Assembly: GCA_937899865.1 (NCBI GenBank)
Contig: CALBRH010000025.1
Coordinates: 44,176-108,175 of the forward strand
Length of the DNA stretch: 64,000 nucleotides
Direction of reading: 5' to 3'
Origin: an uncultured euryarchaeote
GTDB taxonomy: Archaea > Thermoplasmatota > Poseidoniia > Poseidoniales > Poseidoniaceae
The notes under the pieces were generated by a model. That model ran no database searches and was not told where the DNA came from. It saw nothing but the letters and a program-made list of their open reading frames with translations. This document shows positions 38,193 to 48,433 of the stretch, in pieces. The position numbers and the translations under genes were made by a program. Position 1 is the stretch's first letter, and the number at the start of each line of letters is the position of its first letter.

Positions 38193-39911
38193 ATGGCAGA
38201 AGAATCAAGATTTGCAAAGGGCGACCTTAATGGCGTCATGGCGGCCTATCCGCATGTTGCAGATTGGATTCGAGATTTCGAATCTCGTTATGGTTCACGC
38301 CCTATTTACTACGGTCCTTTGGATAGAGATGCCAAGAAGACGAGACCTTACAATTTGATTTACTTGGCTAAAGAGCCAATTTTTATTCACATTTATGAAC
38401 CACCAGAAGATGATGAAGGTAATGGAGGTCAAATCCTATGGTTTGGTCTTGAACCGCAACTTTCTGAAGAAGAAGAAAATATGCGTCGAGAATTAGTTGA
38501 AACATTGTTACAAGAAGCACCAACTGCTCCGACTTTTACCACTGATGGCGAATTTGAAAATATTTTGACTCAAATGATAGAGCGCTATTCCGTTCTTGAA
38601 AGCGAAGTTGGTGTCACCCCAAGGCGACAAGGTCGTTTATGGGAAATGGTTGGTATGGATGACAAGCGTGTTGTAGTTGATACAGAACAAAGAGAGCGTC
38701 TAAAATATATTATTATTCGAGATTTAATTAAGAATGGACCACTAGAGCCACTACTTTCTGATGAGATGCTGGAAGATATTCACTCCGTAGGATTGAAGCA
38801 TATCCATATGGATCACAAAGTATTCGGGATGGTGACCTCTAATATTAGATTTAGAGAACGTGAGATGTTATCTCGCTATCTAAGGGCCATGTCAGAACGT
38901 ATTGGCCGTCCAGTTTCTGACAACAAACCAATTATTGACGGTGCGTTGCTTGACGGTTCACGTATCAATATCATATTCTCTGATGACGTATCTATGCTAG
39001 GTCCGTCATTCACAATCCGTAAATTCGCTGAAGAAACAATTTCAATTATCCAACTAATCAAATGGGGTACAATTTCCTCGCAAGTAGCTGCATATATCTG
39101 GATTTGTCTTGAGTACGGTATGTCTGTTTTGGTATCTGGTGAAACAGCATCAGGTAAAACGACAACACTTAACGCGATTCTACCATTTATTGACCACAAT
39201 GTCAAAATCTATTCCGCTGAAGATACTCCTGAGGTAAAGGTCAGGCACAAGATTTGGCAGAGATTAGTCACACGTGATTCCAAGAATGAAGAATCAAGAG
39301 TTGAGATGTTCGATTTGCTGAAGGCTGCACTACGAAGTCGTCCAAGATACATCATCATCGGTGAAATTCGTGGAGTAGAGGGTGCGACAGCTTTCCAAGC
39401 GATGCAGACTGGCCACCCGGTTATCGCGACTTTCCACGCATCATCAATCGTTAAGATGATTCAGAGATTCACTGGTGACCCAATCAATGTTCCAATTCGT
39501 TTCTTTGACAACTTGAACTTCGCTATTTTCCAAGAAGTAGTTGAAGCACCTGGTGGCGGTATTGCTCGACGTGTAACCGGTATCGATGAGGTAATTGGTT
39601 ACAATAAACACAGTGACGGTGTTCTAACTCGTGGTATGTTCGAGTGGGACCCTGTCAAAGACAAACACTATTTCCGCGGTATGTTCCAAAGCCACTTGTT
39701 AGAAAACAAGATTGCTGCTATGGCTGGATTTTCCAATAAGAGGGATATCTATGATGAAATGTTGAGAAGAGCTGCCTCTTTGGAAAGGATGGCTGAAAGA
39801 GATTTAACACATTATGATGATGTGTTTGACTTGCTTGGCATTTACTACAATAATGGATTCGAAGCCTTCGACCGAGCAGTTGACACTTGGACAGGGGTCA
39901 ATCACGGTTAG
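38193..39911 (+). CDS. flaI: Archaellum motor ATPase ArlI
   Basis: SGETASGKTT, SAEDTPE, LLKAALRSRPRYIIIGEIRG, AMQTGH and TFHASS; SD GAGGAG upstream. Confidence 0.96.
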   Translation: MAEESRFAKGDLNGVMAAYPHVADWIRDFESRYGSRPIYYGPLDRDAKKTRPYNLIYLAKEPIFIHIYEPPEDDEGNGGQILWFGLEPQLSEEEENMRRELVETLLQEAPTAPTFTTDGEFENILTQMIERYSVLESEVGVTPRRQGRLWEMVGMDDKRVVVDTEQRERLKYIIIRDLIKNGPLEPLLSDEMLEDIHSVGLKHIHMDHKVFGMVTSNIRFREREMLSRYLRAMSERIGRPVSDNKPIIDGALLDGSRINIIFSDDVSMLGPSFTIRKFAEETISIIQLIKWGTISSQVAAYIWICLEYGMSVLVSGETASGKTTTLNAILPFIDHNVKIYSAEDTPEVKVRHKIWQRLVTRDSKNEESRVEMFDLLKAALRSRPRYIIIGEIRGVEGATAFQAMQTGHPVIATFHASSIVKMIQRFTGDPINVPIRFFDNLNFAIFQEVVEAPGGGIARRVTGIDEVIGYNKHSDGVLTRGMFEWDPVKDKHYFRGMFQSHLLENKIAAMAGFSNKRDIYDEMLRRAASLERMAERDLTHYDDVFDLLGIYYNNGFEAFDRAVDTWTGVNHG

Positions 39912-39922
39912 GAGGTTTGAGT

Positions 39923-41725
39923 ATGGAGAGAATGCCGATCTGGCAAGTAGCGGTTAGACGGCTTGAAATGCCGATTGCGCGTTTCTTATTCATCTTCGTA
40001 GGCGGTGCTACATTTGCTGGATTGTTGGCTGCGTTAGCTCTTATTTTCTTCACCGGTGGATTAGGTGAAGGAGCGTTATTCCAAGGCTTTGCTGGAATTT
40101 TAATGATCATTGTTTTTCCTTTGATTTGTGCCCTTGCTGCATTAGCATTTCCACTACTTGAAGTTCAACGCTCAGCCACTAGAATAGAGAAAGAAATGCA
40201 TATGTTCATTACAAGAATGGGTATACTTTCTCTTGGAGAAGTAGGCGCAAAATCAATTTTTGATATTCTCAAGCAGATGTCAGATTATGGAGAATTGGCC
40301 TCTGAAGTAAAGCGTATTGAGACATTGGTAGACAAGTGGCATACATCTTTACCAGAGGCAGCCAGAATTGTTGCACATCAAAGTCCAAGCCCATTGTGGA
40401 CCGATTTTCTCGACAGAATGGCGTTTTCAATTGAAGCGGGTCAGCCAATCGATGAGTTTATGCGTGCTGAACAAGAAACAGTTGCTGAGCAATATAACAC
40501 TCTTTACGATACAAGATTAGAATCAGTTGATACGCTCAAGGAGATTTATGTCTCATTAGTTTCAGCAGGCTTATTTGCTTTGGTTATCGCTGGCATACAT
40601 CTTGTTCTGTTTGAGGTTGGCTCACCCGATGCAGAACCGATTGAGATTTTTAGTAGAATTAGATTCTTGCTACTTGCGGGACTTGTTTTTGTTATTGTCC
40701 AAATTGGTGCAATGTTTGCTTTTAGAGCAACAATACCCGAAGACCTAACCTTTGCTAGAGATGATATGGATACGCCATTTAGAATCAATTTCCGGCGAGC
40801 TTTTTTGGTGGCAGGTGCATTTTCAATCTTACTTTCAGTAGTCATGTCGATAGCTGTAATGTCTGCTTGGGAGGTGCTAAGTGACCAATGGGATAAGTAT
40901 GGATTACTGGTTTTTGCGATTCCTCTAACTCCACTACTATTTCCAGCATTTATGATAGGTCGAGAAGAAAAAATGGTTTTACGTAGAGATGAAACATATC
41001 CTGATTTTATTAGGGCTCTTGGAGGAACTGCTCAGGCTAGGTCTTCTGAACCATCTGCAACTATCAAGGCGCTGCGAGGTATTGATTTTGGTATGTTAGA
41101 TAATTCAATTGACAGACTCGAAAAGCGGCTTTCGACAAGAATTGATTCGGATAGAGCTTGGGATTACTTCAACGCTGATACAAATTCAGCGGTTATTTCT
41201 CGCTACATGAGAATTTACATCGAGGGTTCACAGTCATCTGGTAGGCCAGCGGAAACCGCTGAGATGGTCAGCCGATCTGTTGGTAGTTTACTGTCTCTAA
41301 GGCGAAGACGTGCACTTTCTGCCAGTACTATGTGGGGTGTTGCAATCGGTTTGTTAGTCGCTAGTGTAACAAGCCTCAACGTAACAATTTCAATTGTTTT
41401 GCAACTTGGAGATGCGATTGCTGGCGTGGCAAGTGGACTTGCAGATACTGATGTTTCAGCCCTTTCTGACTTTGGTGGAGGTGTTGCATTGCCGGTTATG
41501 GAGGATGCTAGTTCGGTCGGAGAAAATATTAGGATGTTCAAAATTGTAGTATCGATTTTGGTTCTCATTCAGGTTGCAGCTGTCTCTTACATAGCCACAA
41601 GATTGCGTGGTGGTGGTATTACTAGTTCGTTAGGACAAATGATTTCCTTATTGTGGATTGCCGGTATTACTTCTTTACTTACGGCATTTATACTTGAAGC
41701 AGCATCTTCAATATTCTCGGTCTAA
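39923..41725 (+). CDS. flaJ: Archaellum platform membrane protein ArlJ
   Basis: Polytopic protein with two T2SS-F-like cytoplasmic domains (YGELASEVKRI..LVDKWHTSLPEA; FIRALG); SD AGGAGG upstream. Confidence 0.93.
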   Translation: MERMPIWQVAVRRLEMPIARFLFIFVGGATFAGLLAALALIFFTGGLGEGALFQGFAGILMIIVFPLICALAALAFPLLEVQRSATRIEKEMHMFITRMGILSLGEVGAKSIFDILKQMSDYGELASEVKRIETLVDKWHTSLPEAARIVAHQSPSPLWTDFLDRMAFSIEAGQPIDEFMRAEQETVAEQYNTLYDTRLESVDTLKEIYVSLVSAGLFALVIAGIHLVLFEVGSPDAEPIEIFSRIRFLLLAGLVFVIVQIGAMFAFRATIPEDLTFARDDMDTPFRINFRRAFLVAGAFSILLSVVMSIAVMSAWEVLSDQWDKYGLLVFAIPLTPLLFPAFMIGREEKMVLRRDETYPDFIRALGGTAQARSSEPSATIKALRGIDFGMLDNSIDRLEKRLSTRIDSDRAWDYFNADTNSAVISRYMRIYIEGSQSSGRPAETAEMVSRSVGSLLSLRRRRALSASTMWGVAIGLLVASVTSLNVTISIVLQLGDAIAGVASGLADTDVSALSDFGGGVALPVMEDASSVGENIRMFKIVVSILVLIQVAAVSYIATRLRGGGITSSLGQMISLLWIAGITSLLTAFILEAASSIFSV

Positions 41726-41768
41726 TGAGATTGTCAAGTATTATAGATTGATTTTACAATCACCAATT

Positions 41769-42209
41769 ATGCAACCGGCACCCGGACCCCCTGTACAAGC
41801 CCCCGCACCTCAACCTATGCAGCCAATGGCAGCATACCAACCACAACCAAAATTTCTTGATAAGTATGGCACTTACACCTTTAGTAAGTGGCTGATGATT
41901 GGCGCAGTATTGATTGTTATCGGAGCGATGTTTACTCAGGTGACAGATTTGGTTGGTGCGCCTAATCCTGCAGATTATGATGATGCAGGTAAGTATGCTG
42001 AAGATCAATTCTCACATGAGAAACTTGGCACAACACTTGGAGCGTTTGCAAATATGTTGCAATCAATAGGTTTGGGTCTAATTGGTTACGGCCTACTTAG
42101 AGAAGCCAGTGAAGGAGATGCTCACCACACAGCAGTTAGAGTGACAGCAGTAATCACTGGTGTATTGGTAATTGGAAATATTGCAGCAGCGAATATATTG
42201 CCAATTTGA
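41769..42209 (+). CDS. Small membrane protein with a Pro/Gln-rich N terminus
   Basis: Three hydrophobic helices; TATA-like GTATTATAG about 25 nt upstream of the ATG. Confidence 0.7.
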   Translation: MQPAPGPPVQAPAPQPMQPMAAYQPQPKFLDKYGTYTFSKWLMIGAVLIVIGAMFTQVTDLVGAPNPADYDDAGKYAEDQFSHEKLGTTLGAFANMLQSIGLGLIGYGLLREASEGDAHHTAVRVTAVITGVLVIGNIAAANILPI

Positions 42210-42860
42210 TTAACGTTTCATTTCTTCATTGATTCGTTTTTTAGTTGCAGCCCATGAACAGATAGGACACTGGGTTAAGTCGTGATTTCTTGCTGGACAG
42301 TATTCCCTGCCAAAGAAAATAATTTGCAGGTGTAATTTATTCCACAATTCTTTGGGAAAAATAGCTTTCAAATCCTTCTCGGTTTTCTCCACATTCTTGC
42401 CGTTAGATAATCCCCATCTTGCTGCAAGTCTGTGAATGTGAGTATCGACGGGGAATGCAGGTATCCCAAATGATTGTGCCATTACTACACTGGCAGTTTT
42501 ATGACCAACACCAGGTAGATCTTCTAATGCTTCAAAAGATGCAGGAACTTCTCCATCATACTTTTCAATCAATATTTCAGATAGGCGGCGAATATTCTTT
42601 GCTTTGGTTGGTGCAAGTCCAACTTGTCGTATGTCTTCAAGAATCACTTCAACAGGTAACTTAGCCATCTCTTTGGCAGTTGGTGCTTTAGCAAATAGTG
42701 CTGGAGTGACTTCATTGACTTTCAAATCAGTAGTTTGAGCACTCATCAAAACAGCGACTAATAATTGAAAGGCATTTTCATGGTCGAGTGGAACTGGTGT
42801 TTCGGGGTATAATTCTTCGAGCATCACTGCGATACGTTCTGCCTTGTCTATACGTTTCAT
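42210..42860 (-). CDS. nth: Endonuclease III
   Basis: LVAVLMSAQTTD, HhH LPGVGHKTA and catalytic VDTH. The Fe-S motif is atypical. Confidence 0.95.
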   Translation of the reverse strand: MKRIDKAERIAVMLEELYPETPVPLDHENAFQLLVAVLMSAQTTDLKVNEVTPALFAKAPTAKEMAKLPVEVILEDIRQVGLAPTKAKNIRRLSEILIEKYDGEVPASFEALEDLPGVGHKTASVVMAQSFGIPAFPVDTHIHRLAARWGLSNGKNVEKTEKDLKAIFPKELWNKLHLQIIFFGREYCPARNHDLTQCPICSWAATKKRINEEMKR

Positions 42861-43166
42861 TCACTCGCCTCTTCGCTTGAGGATTTCAGGTGGTATTCGA
42901 TAAGTGTAGTCGATTGATTCGCCTAAAAGAGTGATTGCTGTATTTGAAAAAATAACCTTACTTACCATAGAATCGATACCGTGAAGCGGCATTGATGCAG
43001 AAAACTGGCCATTAGAATAGATGGCAATTCCCGTTTCGACATCAGGTGCTCTAGAAGTGAATGATGCCATTTCTTCATTGTGAAGTACCGTTCCCAAACC
43101 ATCGAAAATCTGAGTGAACTTTACTATTATCTTGTCCCATTGTTCAATAGCAAATTCTTCATCCAT
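42861..43166 (-). CDS. Hypothetical protein
   Basis: Open frame abutting nth within a same-strand gene run. Confidence 0.65.
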   Translation of the reverse strand: MDEEFAIEQWDKIIVKFTQIFDGLGTVLHNEEMASFTSRAPDVETGIAIYSNGQFSASMPLHGIDSMVSKVIFSNTAITLLGESIDYTYRIPPEILKRRGE

Positions 43167-43174
43167 GACAATCC

Positions 43175-43372
43175 TCAACCTTCGTACTCGCCACCAGTAA
43201 GCCAACCAAAAGCCAAGCCCAAACCAACTGAAATCATTGGTATAACATTACAAATCAATGTTTCCAATGGCTCAGTATTAGGCTTGCCAGCAATGTACCA
43301 GATAATCAATGCAAGAAACATTCCCGGTAACACCATAGAAGCACCCATGATCATGGTTCGTAATGTTCGCAT
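43175..43372 (-). CDS. Small two-helix membrane protein
   Basis: 65 aa with two hydrophobic segments; SD-like GAGGAAGTGG upstream. Confidence 0.65.
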   Translation of the reverse strand: MRTLRTMIMGASMVLPGMFLALIIWYIAGKPNTEPLETLICNVIPMISVGLGLAFGWLTGGEYEG

Positions 43373-43408
43373 AATATCTCCACTTCCTCGTATTTGATGA
43401 ATGTATGT

Positions 43409-45346
43409 TCACGAAAGGCGCGCAGCCATAGCATCTGCAGATAGTGAATTCAGAATATCATCCACTTCAAGCCAGCCTTTCCTTGCTGTCATTACACCGT
43501 ATGCAAAATCACTCAAGCCACGTACTGAGTGAGCATCTGGATTAATTATGACAGGGACATTGTTAGTCTTTGCATATTTACAAAGCCGCCAATCTAAATC
43601 CAGTCGATACGGACTTGCATTCAATTCCACTGCTTTTAGTCGACCTGCTTCATTGTGTTCAGCCATATGATCGATTATGGCAAACATATCAACTTCGTAA
43701 CCATCTCTGCCCTGTAAGATTCTTCCTGTTGGATGTCCAAGAACATTGGTAGCAGGATGGTCGATACAGCGAATTAATTCTTCAGTATTGGTGACTTCAT
43801 CACGATTTTTCCATTTGGTCATAGCGTGAACTGATGCCACAACATAATCTAATTCAGCCAATACATTGTCAGGATGGTCCAACTTCCCACCTTCCAAAAT
43901 ATCAGATTCTACCCCATGGAATAATCTGAAATCGACTCCCTCATTTGCCCATGCAGCATTATACTGCTTGATTTTCTTACCTTGGTCAAGTAGGTCTTCA
44001 GCACTTGCTCCGTTAGCCACCTTCAGAGATGGCGAGTGGTCAGCAACACCTAACCATTTCCAGCCAATATTACGAGCCGCATCAGCCATTTCCTCCAATG
44101 TTGCATCACCATCGGATAGAGTAGTGTGGTTATGTAAAGCGCCCTTGACATCAGATGGGACAATCAATCTTGGCAATAAGTCATCATTTGCTGCTGCTAT
44201 CTCACCAGTATCTTCTCTAAGTTCTGGCGGCACCCAATCAAGTTCTAAGTGCCGGTAAATTTCACCTTCATCAACAGCTGGCAAAGATAGATGGGCAGCA
44301 GCCATGCCTTTCAGTTCACCAGCCTCTGCCTCAGGTATAAGGCCAAATTCACTCAATCTCAAACCACGGTCTATCGCTCTTTGACGCATGACAATGTTGT
44401 GTTCTTTACTACCGGTGAAGTATGCTAAAGTAAATGGGAATACTTCAGGAGTAACCAATCTAACTTGAGCATCAATAGTTCCGCCGGATTCGAGTTGCTC
44501 GTAATCATCGCCTCCAATAGCATCCATGACATTCGGATCAATATGACCTATAGTGAAACCGCCATCGAAAATACTGGTATCAAGTATGAGACTTATTTTT
44601 GAATCTCCTGCACCTTTTACATCAGCTATTCCAGGTAATGCTAAGATTGCTTTACTAACTTGTTCTTTGTTTTCATCAAGCACTCCAACTACTACATCAA
44701 GGTCGCCAATAGTTTCTCTTCGACGACGAGCACTACCGGCTAACTGTGCTTTGATAACACCATCAATTGAGGCGATTTTTTGCTCGAATGCTTCACCATA
44801 CATTAGCCCAACATCAAGGCGACGACGAGATCGAAATCTTGCTAATAGTTCGATACCGTCTAGCATTTTCTGTTGTGATTTAGCACCGAAACCCTTCAAA
44901 CTTGCAATTGCATCATCTTCTGCTGCCTGTTTTAGTGTAGCGATAGAGTCGATGCCCAATTCTTCGTTCATTATCTTGATTCGCTTTGGACCAAGGCCGG
45001 GAATGCCAAGCATTTCAATAAGTCCAGGAGGCGTATTATTGTGTAAATCGATCCAGTCATTTGGCCAACGTCCTTCGCCAACTGCTTGAGATATTGCCGA
45101 ACCTAATCCTTTGCCTATACCTTTGATTTCGAATAACTGGCCAGTTGCGACAAGTTCTCCAAGGTCCTCTGTAATGCTACCAAGAGTTCTACTGGCATTT
45201 TGATAAGAACGGAGTCTAAACACATTAGCTCCTTGTAGTTCGAGTAATACTGCTACTTGATGTAGAGCTGCTGCAATTTGGTTGCGAGAAAAATATGGCG
45301 GACCGCTGGGTCTCGGCTTAGGTAATGAGAAATTTCCGCCTGCCAT
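43409..45346 (-). CDS. polX: Family X DNA polymerase/PHP exonuclease (PolX)
   Basis: HhH IKGIGKG and IPGLGPK, AGSARR..ETIGDLD, YFTGSKEHN; PHP motifs LHNHT, ADHS, GVESDI, VLGHPTGR and INPDAH. Confidence 0.93.
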   Translation of the reverse strand: MAGGNFSLPKPRPSGPPYFSRNQIAAALHQVAVLLELQGANVFRLRSYQNASRTLGSITEDLGELVATGQLFEIKGIGKGLGSAISQAVGEGRWPNDWIDLHNNTPPGLIEMLGIPGLGPKRIKIMNEELGIDSIATLKQAAEDDAIASLKGFGAKSQQKMLDGIELLARFRSRRRLDVGLMYGEAFEQKIASIDGVIKAQLAGSARRRRETIGDLDVVVGVLDENKEQVSKAILALPGIADVKGAGDSKISLILDTSIFDGGFTIGHIDPNVMDAIGGDDYEQLESGGTIDAQVRLVTPEVFPFTLAYFTGSKEHNIVMRQRAIDRGLRLSEFGLIPEAEAGELKGMAAAHLSLPAVDEGEIYRHLELDWVPPELREDTGEIAAANDDLLPRLIVPSDVKGALHNHTTLSDGDATLEEMADAARNIGWKWLGVADHSPSLKVANGASAEDLLDQGKKIKQYNAAWANEGVDFRLFHGVESDILEGGKLDHPDNVLAELDYVVASVHAMTKWKNRDEVTNTEELIRCIDHPATNVLGHPTGRILQGRDGYEVDMFAIIDHMAEHNEAGRLKAVELNASPYRLDLDWRLCKYAKTNNVPVIINPDAHSVRGLSDFAYGVMTARKGWLEVDDILNSLSADAMAARLS

Positions 45347-45445
45347 GTACTAAACAAAGCCAAGTTGTTCTCAAACCTTGTCATAAGTTATAGAGGTGTA
45401 TTTTGACATAACCGTGCTTAAGAACATCAAACAACAGGGTGCTCC

Positions 45446-45778
45446 ATGGCAGGTGTTGATCCAGTATTCATCGAGCACCTTGCCGAAGCATTGTGCGGTA
45501 TATCAGCCGTCTTGTTTACCTTTATTGCAACCTTTTCTCGTTCGGAAAAAGCAGAGTATATGGCGCAAAATGTAATTGCTATATCTCTAATTTTGTGCGC
45601 TATTGTTCTGTGGTGGCTCTCCTTATCAGGTGGCTCTCTTTGGGGCTCAAATTATTTGCCAAAGCCGTTATCTTTAGTTTGTGTAATCATTGCATTTTCT
45701 GCCAGAATGAATATCAAAGGCACCAATATCTCATTTGGTGCTAATCCGCATTCGATTGGTAAAAAAGAACAGGAGTAG
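45446..45778 (+). CDS. Small three-helix membrane protein
   Basis: 110 aa hydrophobic ORF that fills the gap between polX and the NifU-like gene. Confidence 0.65.
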   Translation: MAGVDPVFIEHLAEALCGISAVLFTFIATFSRSEKAEYMAQNVIAISLILCAIVLWWLSLSGGSLWGSNYLPKPLSLVCVIIAFSARMNIKGTNISFGANPHSIGKKEQE

Positions 45779-45779
45779 G

Positions 45780-46121
45780 TCAAATTATTTCGCCACGAGG
45801 TTCGTGGTCACCATCAGAGGTTAAGTTTTGATTCTCTTGTGATGATTCTTTTTCCATCTTCTTTTTTATGAAGTCACGCATGTATTCTGGTAACTCGCCG
45901 TTGACAAAGATAACATCATTGACCGCGTCAAGTTTCATCAGTGAATAGAAAATTTGCATTGCAGTCATCGGAGTCGATGAACAACCATTACAACCACCAT
46001 CAAGTGATAACATGATGTTGCCATCAGCAGTATCAATGACAGTAACAACACCATCGTGTGCGTCAAGAACTTCTTGGACAGGTCCAATCTCTGCCAGAAT
46101 CTCCTCCGCGGTGATTGCCAT
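45780..46121 (-). CDS. NifU C-terminal-domain (Nfu-like) Fe-S carrier protein
   Basis: VLDAHDGVV...LSLDGGCNGCSSTPMT with a CxxC motif. Confidence 0.8.
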   Translation of the reverse strand: MAITAEEILAEIGPVQEVLDAHDGVVTVIDTADGNIMLSLDGGCNGCSSTPMTAMQIFYSLMKLDAVNDVIFVNGELPEYMRDFIKKKMEKESSQENQNLTSDGDHEPRGEII

Positions 46122-46283
46122 GGTAAGGCGAGGAAGCCGTCTTTAATGAATCATTTCTTAGTAATTTAAAGAAAACAGTATTCGGCGATAGGAAAAGTAG
46201 TCTGCAATCGTGTATTAATGCGGGATTAACAGGCGAACCACTTATGAGGAGTTCGTCGGTCGCCGGCTCAATAGGTGTTTATT

Positions 46284-48383
46284 ATGGATATTACAAACAT
46301 ACCTTTGATTGCAGCAGGGACAGGTCTTTTTGGGCTTGTAATTGCTTTTATGTTATACATGCGAGTGAACAGTGTAAAGATTGACAACAAAGTTGTTGCC
46401 GACATTACCGAAGAAATACAAGATGGTGCTATGGCCTTCCTTAAGGCAGAGTACAAAATTCTTGGATTATTCGTCGCAGCAGTAGGTGTTCTGTTGTTTG
46501 TTCTCAACGATGTTGAGACAACAATAGCATTCTTTGCTGGTGCACTGGCATCAGTCGCTGCAGGGTTCTCTGGAATGAGAGCAGCAACTTCCGCAAACGG
46601 CAGAACTGCAATGGCTGCTAAGAGCGGTGGACAACCAGCTGCACTTGCAGTTTCCTACAACGGTGGCGCAGTTATGGGTCTATCAGTTGGAGGACTTGGT
46701 CTGCTTGGTATTTCACTAGTCGCATGGTGGCTAGGTGCTGGTGAAACAGCATCAGGTAGTGGAGATGCAGCAGCAAGCGGACTAAATGTAATCCAAGCAG
46801 CAGCCGGATTCGGTATGGGTGCATCTTCAATTGCTCTCTTCGCTCGTGTTGGTGGTGGAATTTACACCAAGGCGGCTGACGTGGGTGCTGACTTAGTCGG
46901 TAAGGTTGAAGCAGGTATTCCAGAAGATGACCCAAGAAATCCTGGTGTCATCGCTGACAATGTCGGTGACAACGTCGGTGACGTAGCTGGAATGGGTGCT
47001 GATATCTTCGAATCGTTCGTCGGTTCTATTATTGCAGCAATGATCATCGCTAACGAGTTCACTGGCGACAATGCTGCTGACTATGTTCTACTTCCAATCA
47101 TGCTTGGTTTCATTGGTTACGCCGCATCCATAATCGGTGTTTTCTCAATGGCCTTCCTAAAGAACGGCAAAGACCCAGCAGCAGCACTTAGAAACACCAC
47201 ATTCATTGGTGCAATTCTATTTGCAATTGGTGGTTATGCATCAATCCAACAAGGTATCATCGATGTCGAATACGGCGTCATGCACTCAGTTGTTCTTGGT
47301 AGCATAGTCGGAATCCTAATCGGTTTAGTGACAGAATACTACACTGGTATCGAGCCGGTATTTGGTATCAAGACCAAGGCGATTCCACACATTGGTGAAA
47401 TGTCCAAGACTGGACCAGCAACCAACGCTATCGCTGGATTATCAGTAGGTATGATGTCGACTTTCATTCCTATACTTTTGATTGCACTTGGTATTCTTGG
47501 CGCTAACGAATTTGGCGGCGATGAGTACGGCCTGTACTGTATTGCTATGGCAGCAATGGGTATGCTAGCAACTGTTGGTGTAACAATGACAGTTGACGCA
47601 TATGGACCAGTTGCTGACAATGCTGGCGGTATTGCAGAGATGAGCGGTCTTGGCGATGATGTCAGAGCTATCACAGACGAACTTGACTCCATTGGTAACA
47701 CCACTGCAGCAGTTGGTAAGGGATTCGCAATCGGTTCTGCTGCTCTAACAGCACTTGCTCTATTCGCTGCTTACAACACAGCAGTCGGTGGCGTTAACCT
47801 AAATCTAACAGAGCCAATGGTCGTAATTGGTCTACTAATTGGTGGCGGACTACCATTCGTAGTTGCTGCTATGACAATGACTTCAGTCGGTAAGGCTGCA
47901 GGTGACATGGTTGTTGAGATTCGCCGACAATTCAGAGAAATCGACGGTCTGCTAGAAGGTAAGGAAGGTGTCAAGCCAGATTCCAAGAAGTGTGTCGATA
48001 TCTCTACTCAAGCAGCACTAAGAGAAATGATTGGCCCAGGTGTGGTAGCAATTCTTGCACCAGTAGTTGTTGGTCTTGCTCTTGGTACTGCTGCTCTAGG
48101 TGGTATGTTGGCAGGTTCATTGGTTACTGGAGTACTTCTTGCACTATTCATGGCTAATGCTGGTGGTGCATGGGACAACGCCAAGAAAGCCATCGAGCAA
48201 AACCACATTGAAGGCGCTAAGAAAGGTGACGAGGCTCATGATGCAGCAGTTATTGGTGACACTATTGGTGACCCATTCAAGGACACCTCTGGTCCATCAC
48301 TAAACATTCTGATCAAGTTGATGTCAATCGTTGCTGTAGTTCTTGCTGGAACCGGCGAATTAACCAAGAATGGTCTTCTGTGA
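46284..48383 (+). CDS. hppA: Membrane-bound cation-pumping pyrophosphatase, K+-dependent and probably Na+-translocating
   Basis: [35 protein letters not shown] and [20 protein letters not shown] (Ala, not Lys) is the known K+-dependence signature. Confidence 0.96.
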   Translation: MDITNIPLIAAGTGLFGLVIAFMLYMRVNSVKIDNKVVADITEEIQDGAMAFLKAEYKILGLFVAAVGVLLFVLNDVETTIAFFAGALASVAAGFSGMRAATSANGRTAMAAKSGGQPAALAVSYNGGAVMGLSVGGLGLLGISLVAWWLGAGETASGSGDAAASGLNVIQAAAGFGMGASSIALFARVGGGIYTKAADVGADLVGKVEAGIPEDDPRNPGVIADNVGDNVGDVAGMGADIFESFVGSIIAAMIIANEFTGDNAADYVLLPIMLGFIGYAASIIGVFSMAFLKNGKDPAAALRNTTFIGAILFAIGGYASIQQGIIDVEYGVMHSVVLGSIVGILIGLVTEYYTGIEPVFGIKTKAIPHIGEMSKTGPATNAIAGLSVGMMSTFIPILLIALGILGANEFGGDEYGLYCIAMAAMGMLATVGVTMTVDAYGPVADNAGGIAEMSGLGDDVRAITDELDSIGNTTAAVGKGFAIGSAALTALALFAAYNTAVGGVNLNLTEPMVVIGLLIGGGLPFVVAAMTMTSVGKAAGDMVVEIRRQFREIDGLLEGKEGVKPDSKKCVDISTQAALREMIGPGVVAILAPVVVGLALGTAALGGMLAGSLVTGVLLALFMANAGGAWDNAKKAIEQNHIEGAKKGDEAHDAAVIGDTIGDPFKDTSGPSLNILIKLMSIVAVVLAGTGELTKNGLL

Positions 48384-48433
48384 TTAAATCATACGCTTTC
48401 AAGCGTTAGACTTTCAAAAGAAGTCATACACGC

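Noticed and set aside
46184-46264. GGCGAT/GGCGAA...GTTCG similarity to the fluoride riboswitch
   Set aside because: The order and spacing of elements do not match the crcB consensus as I recall it. It is kept only as an unassigned structured leader.
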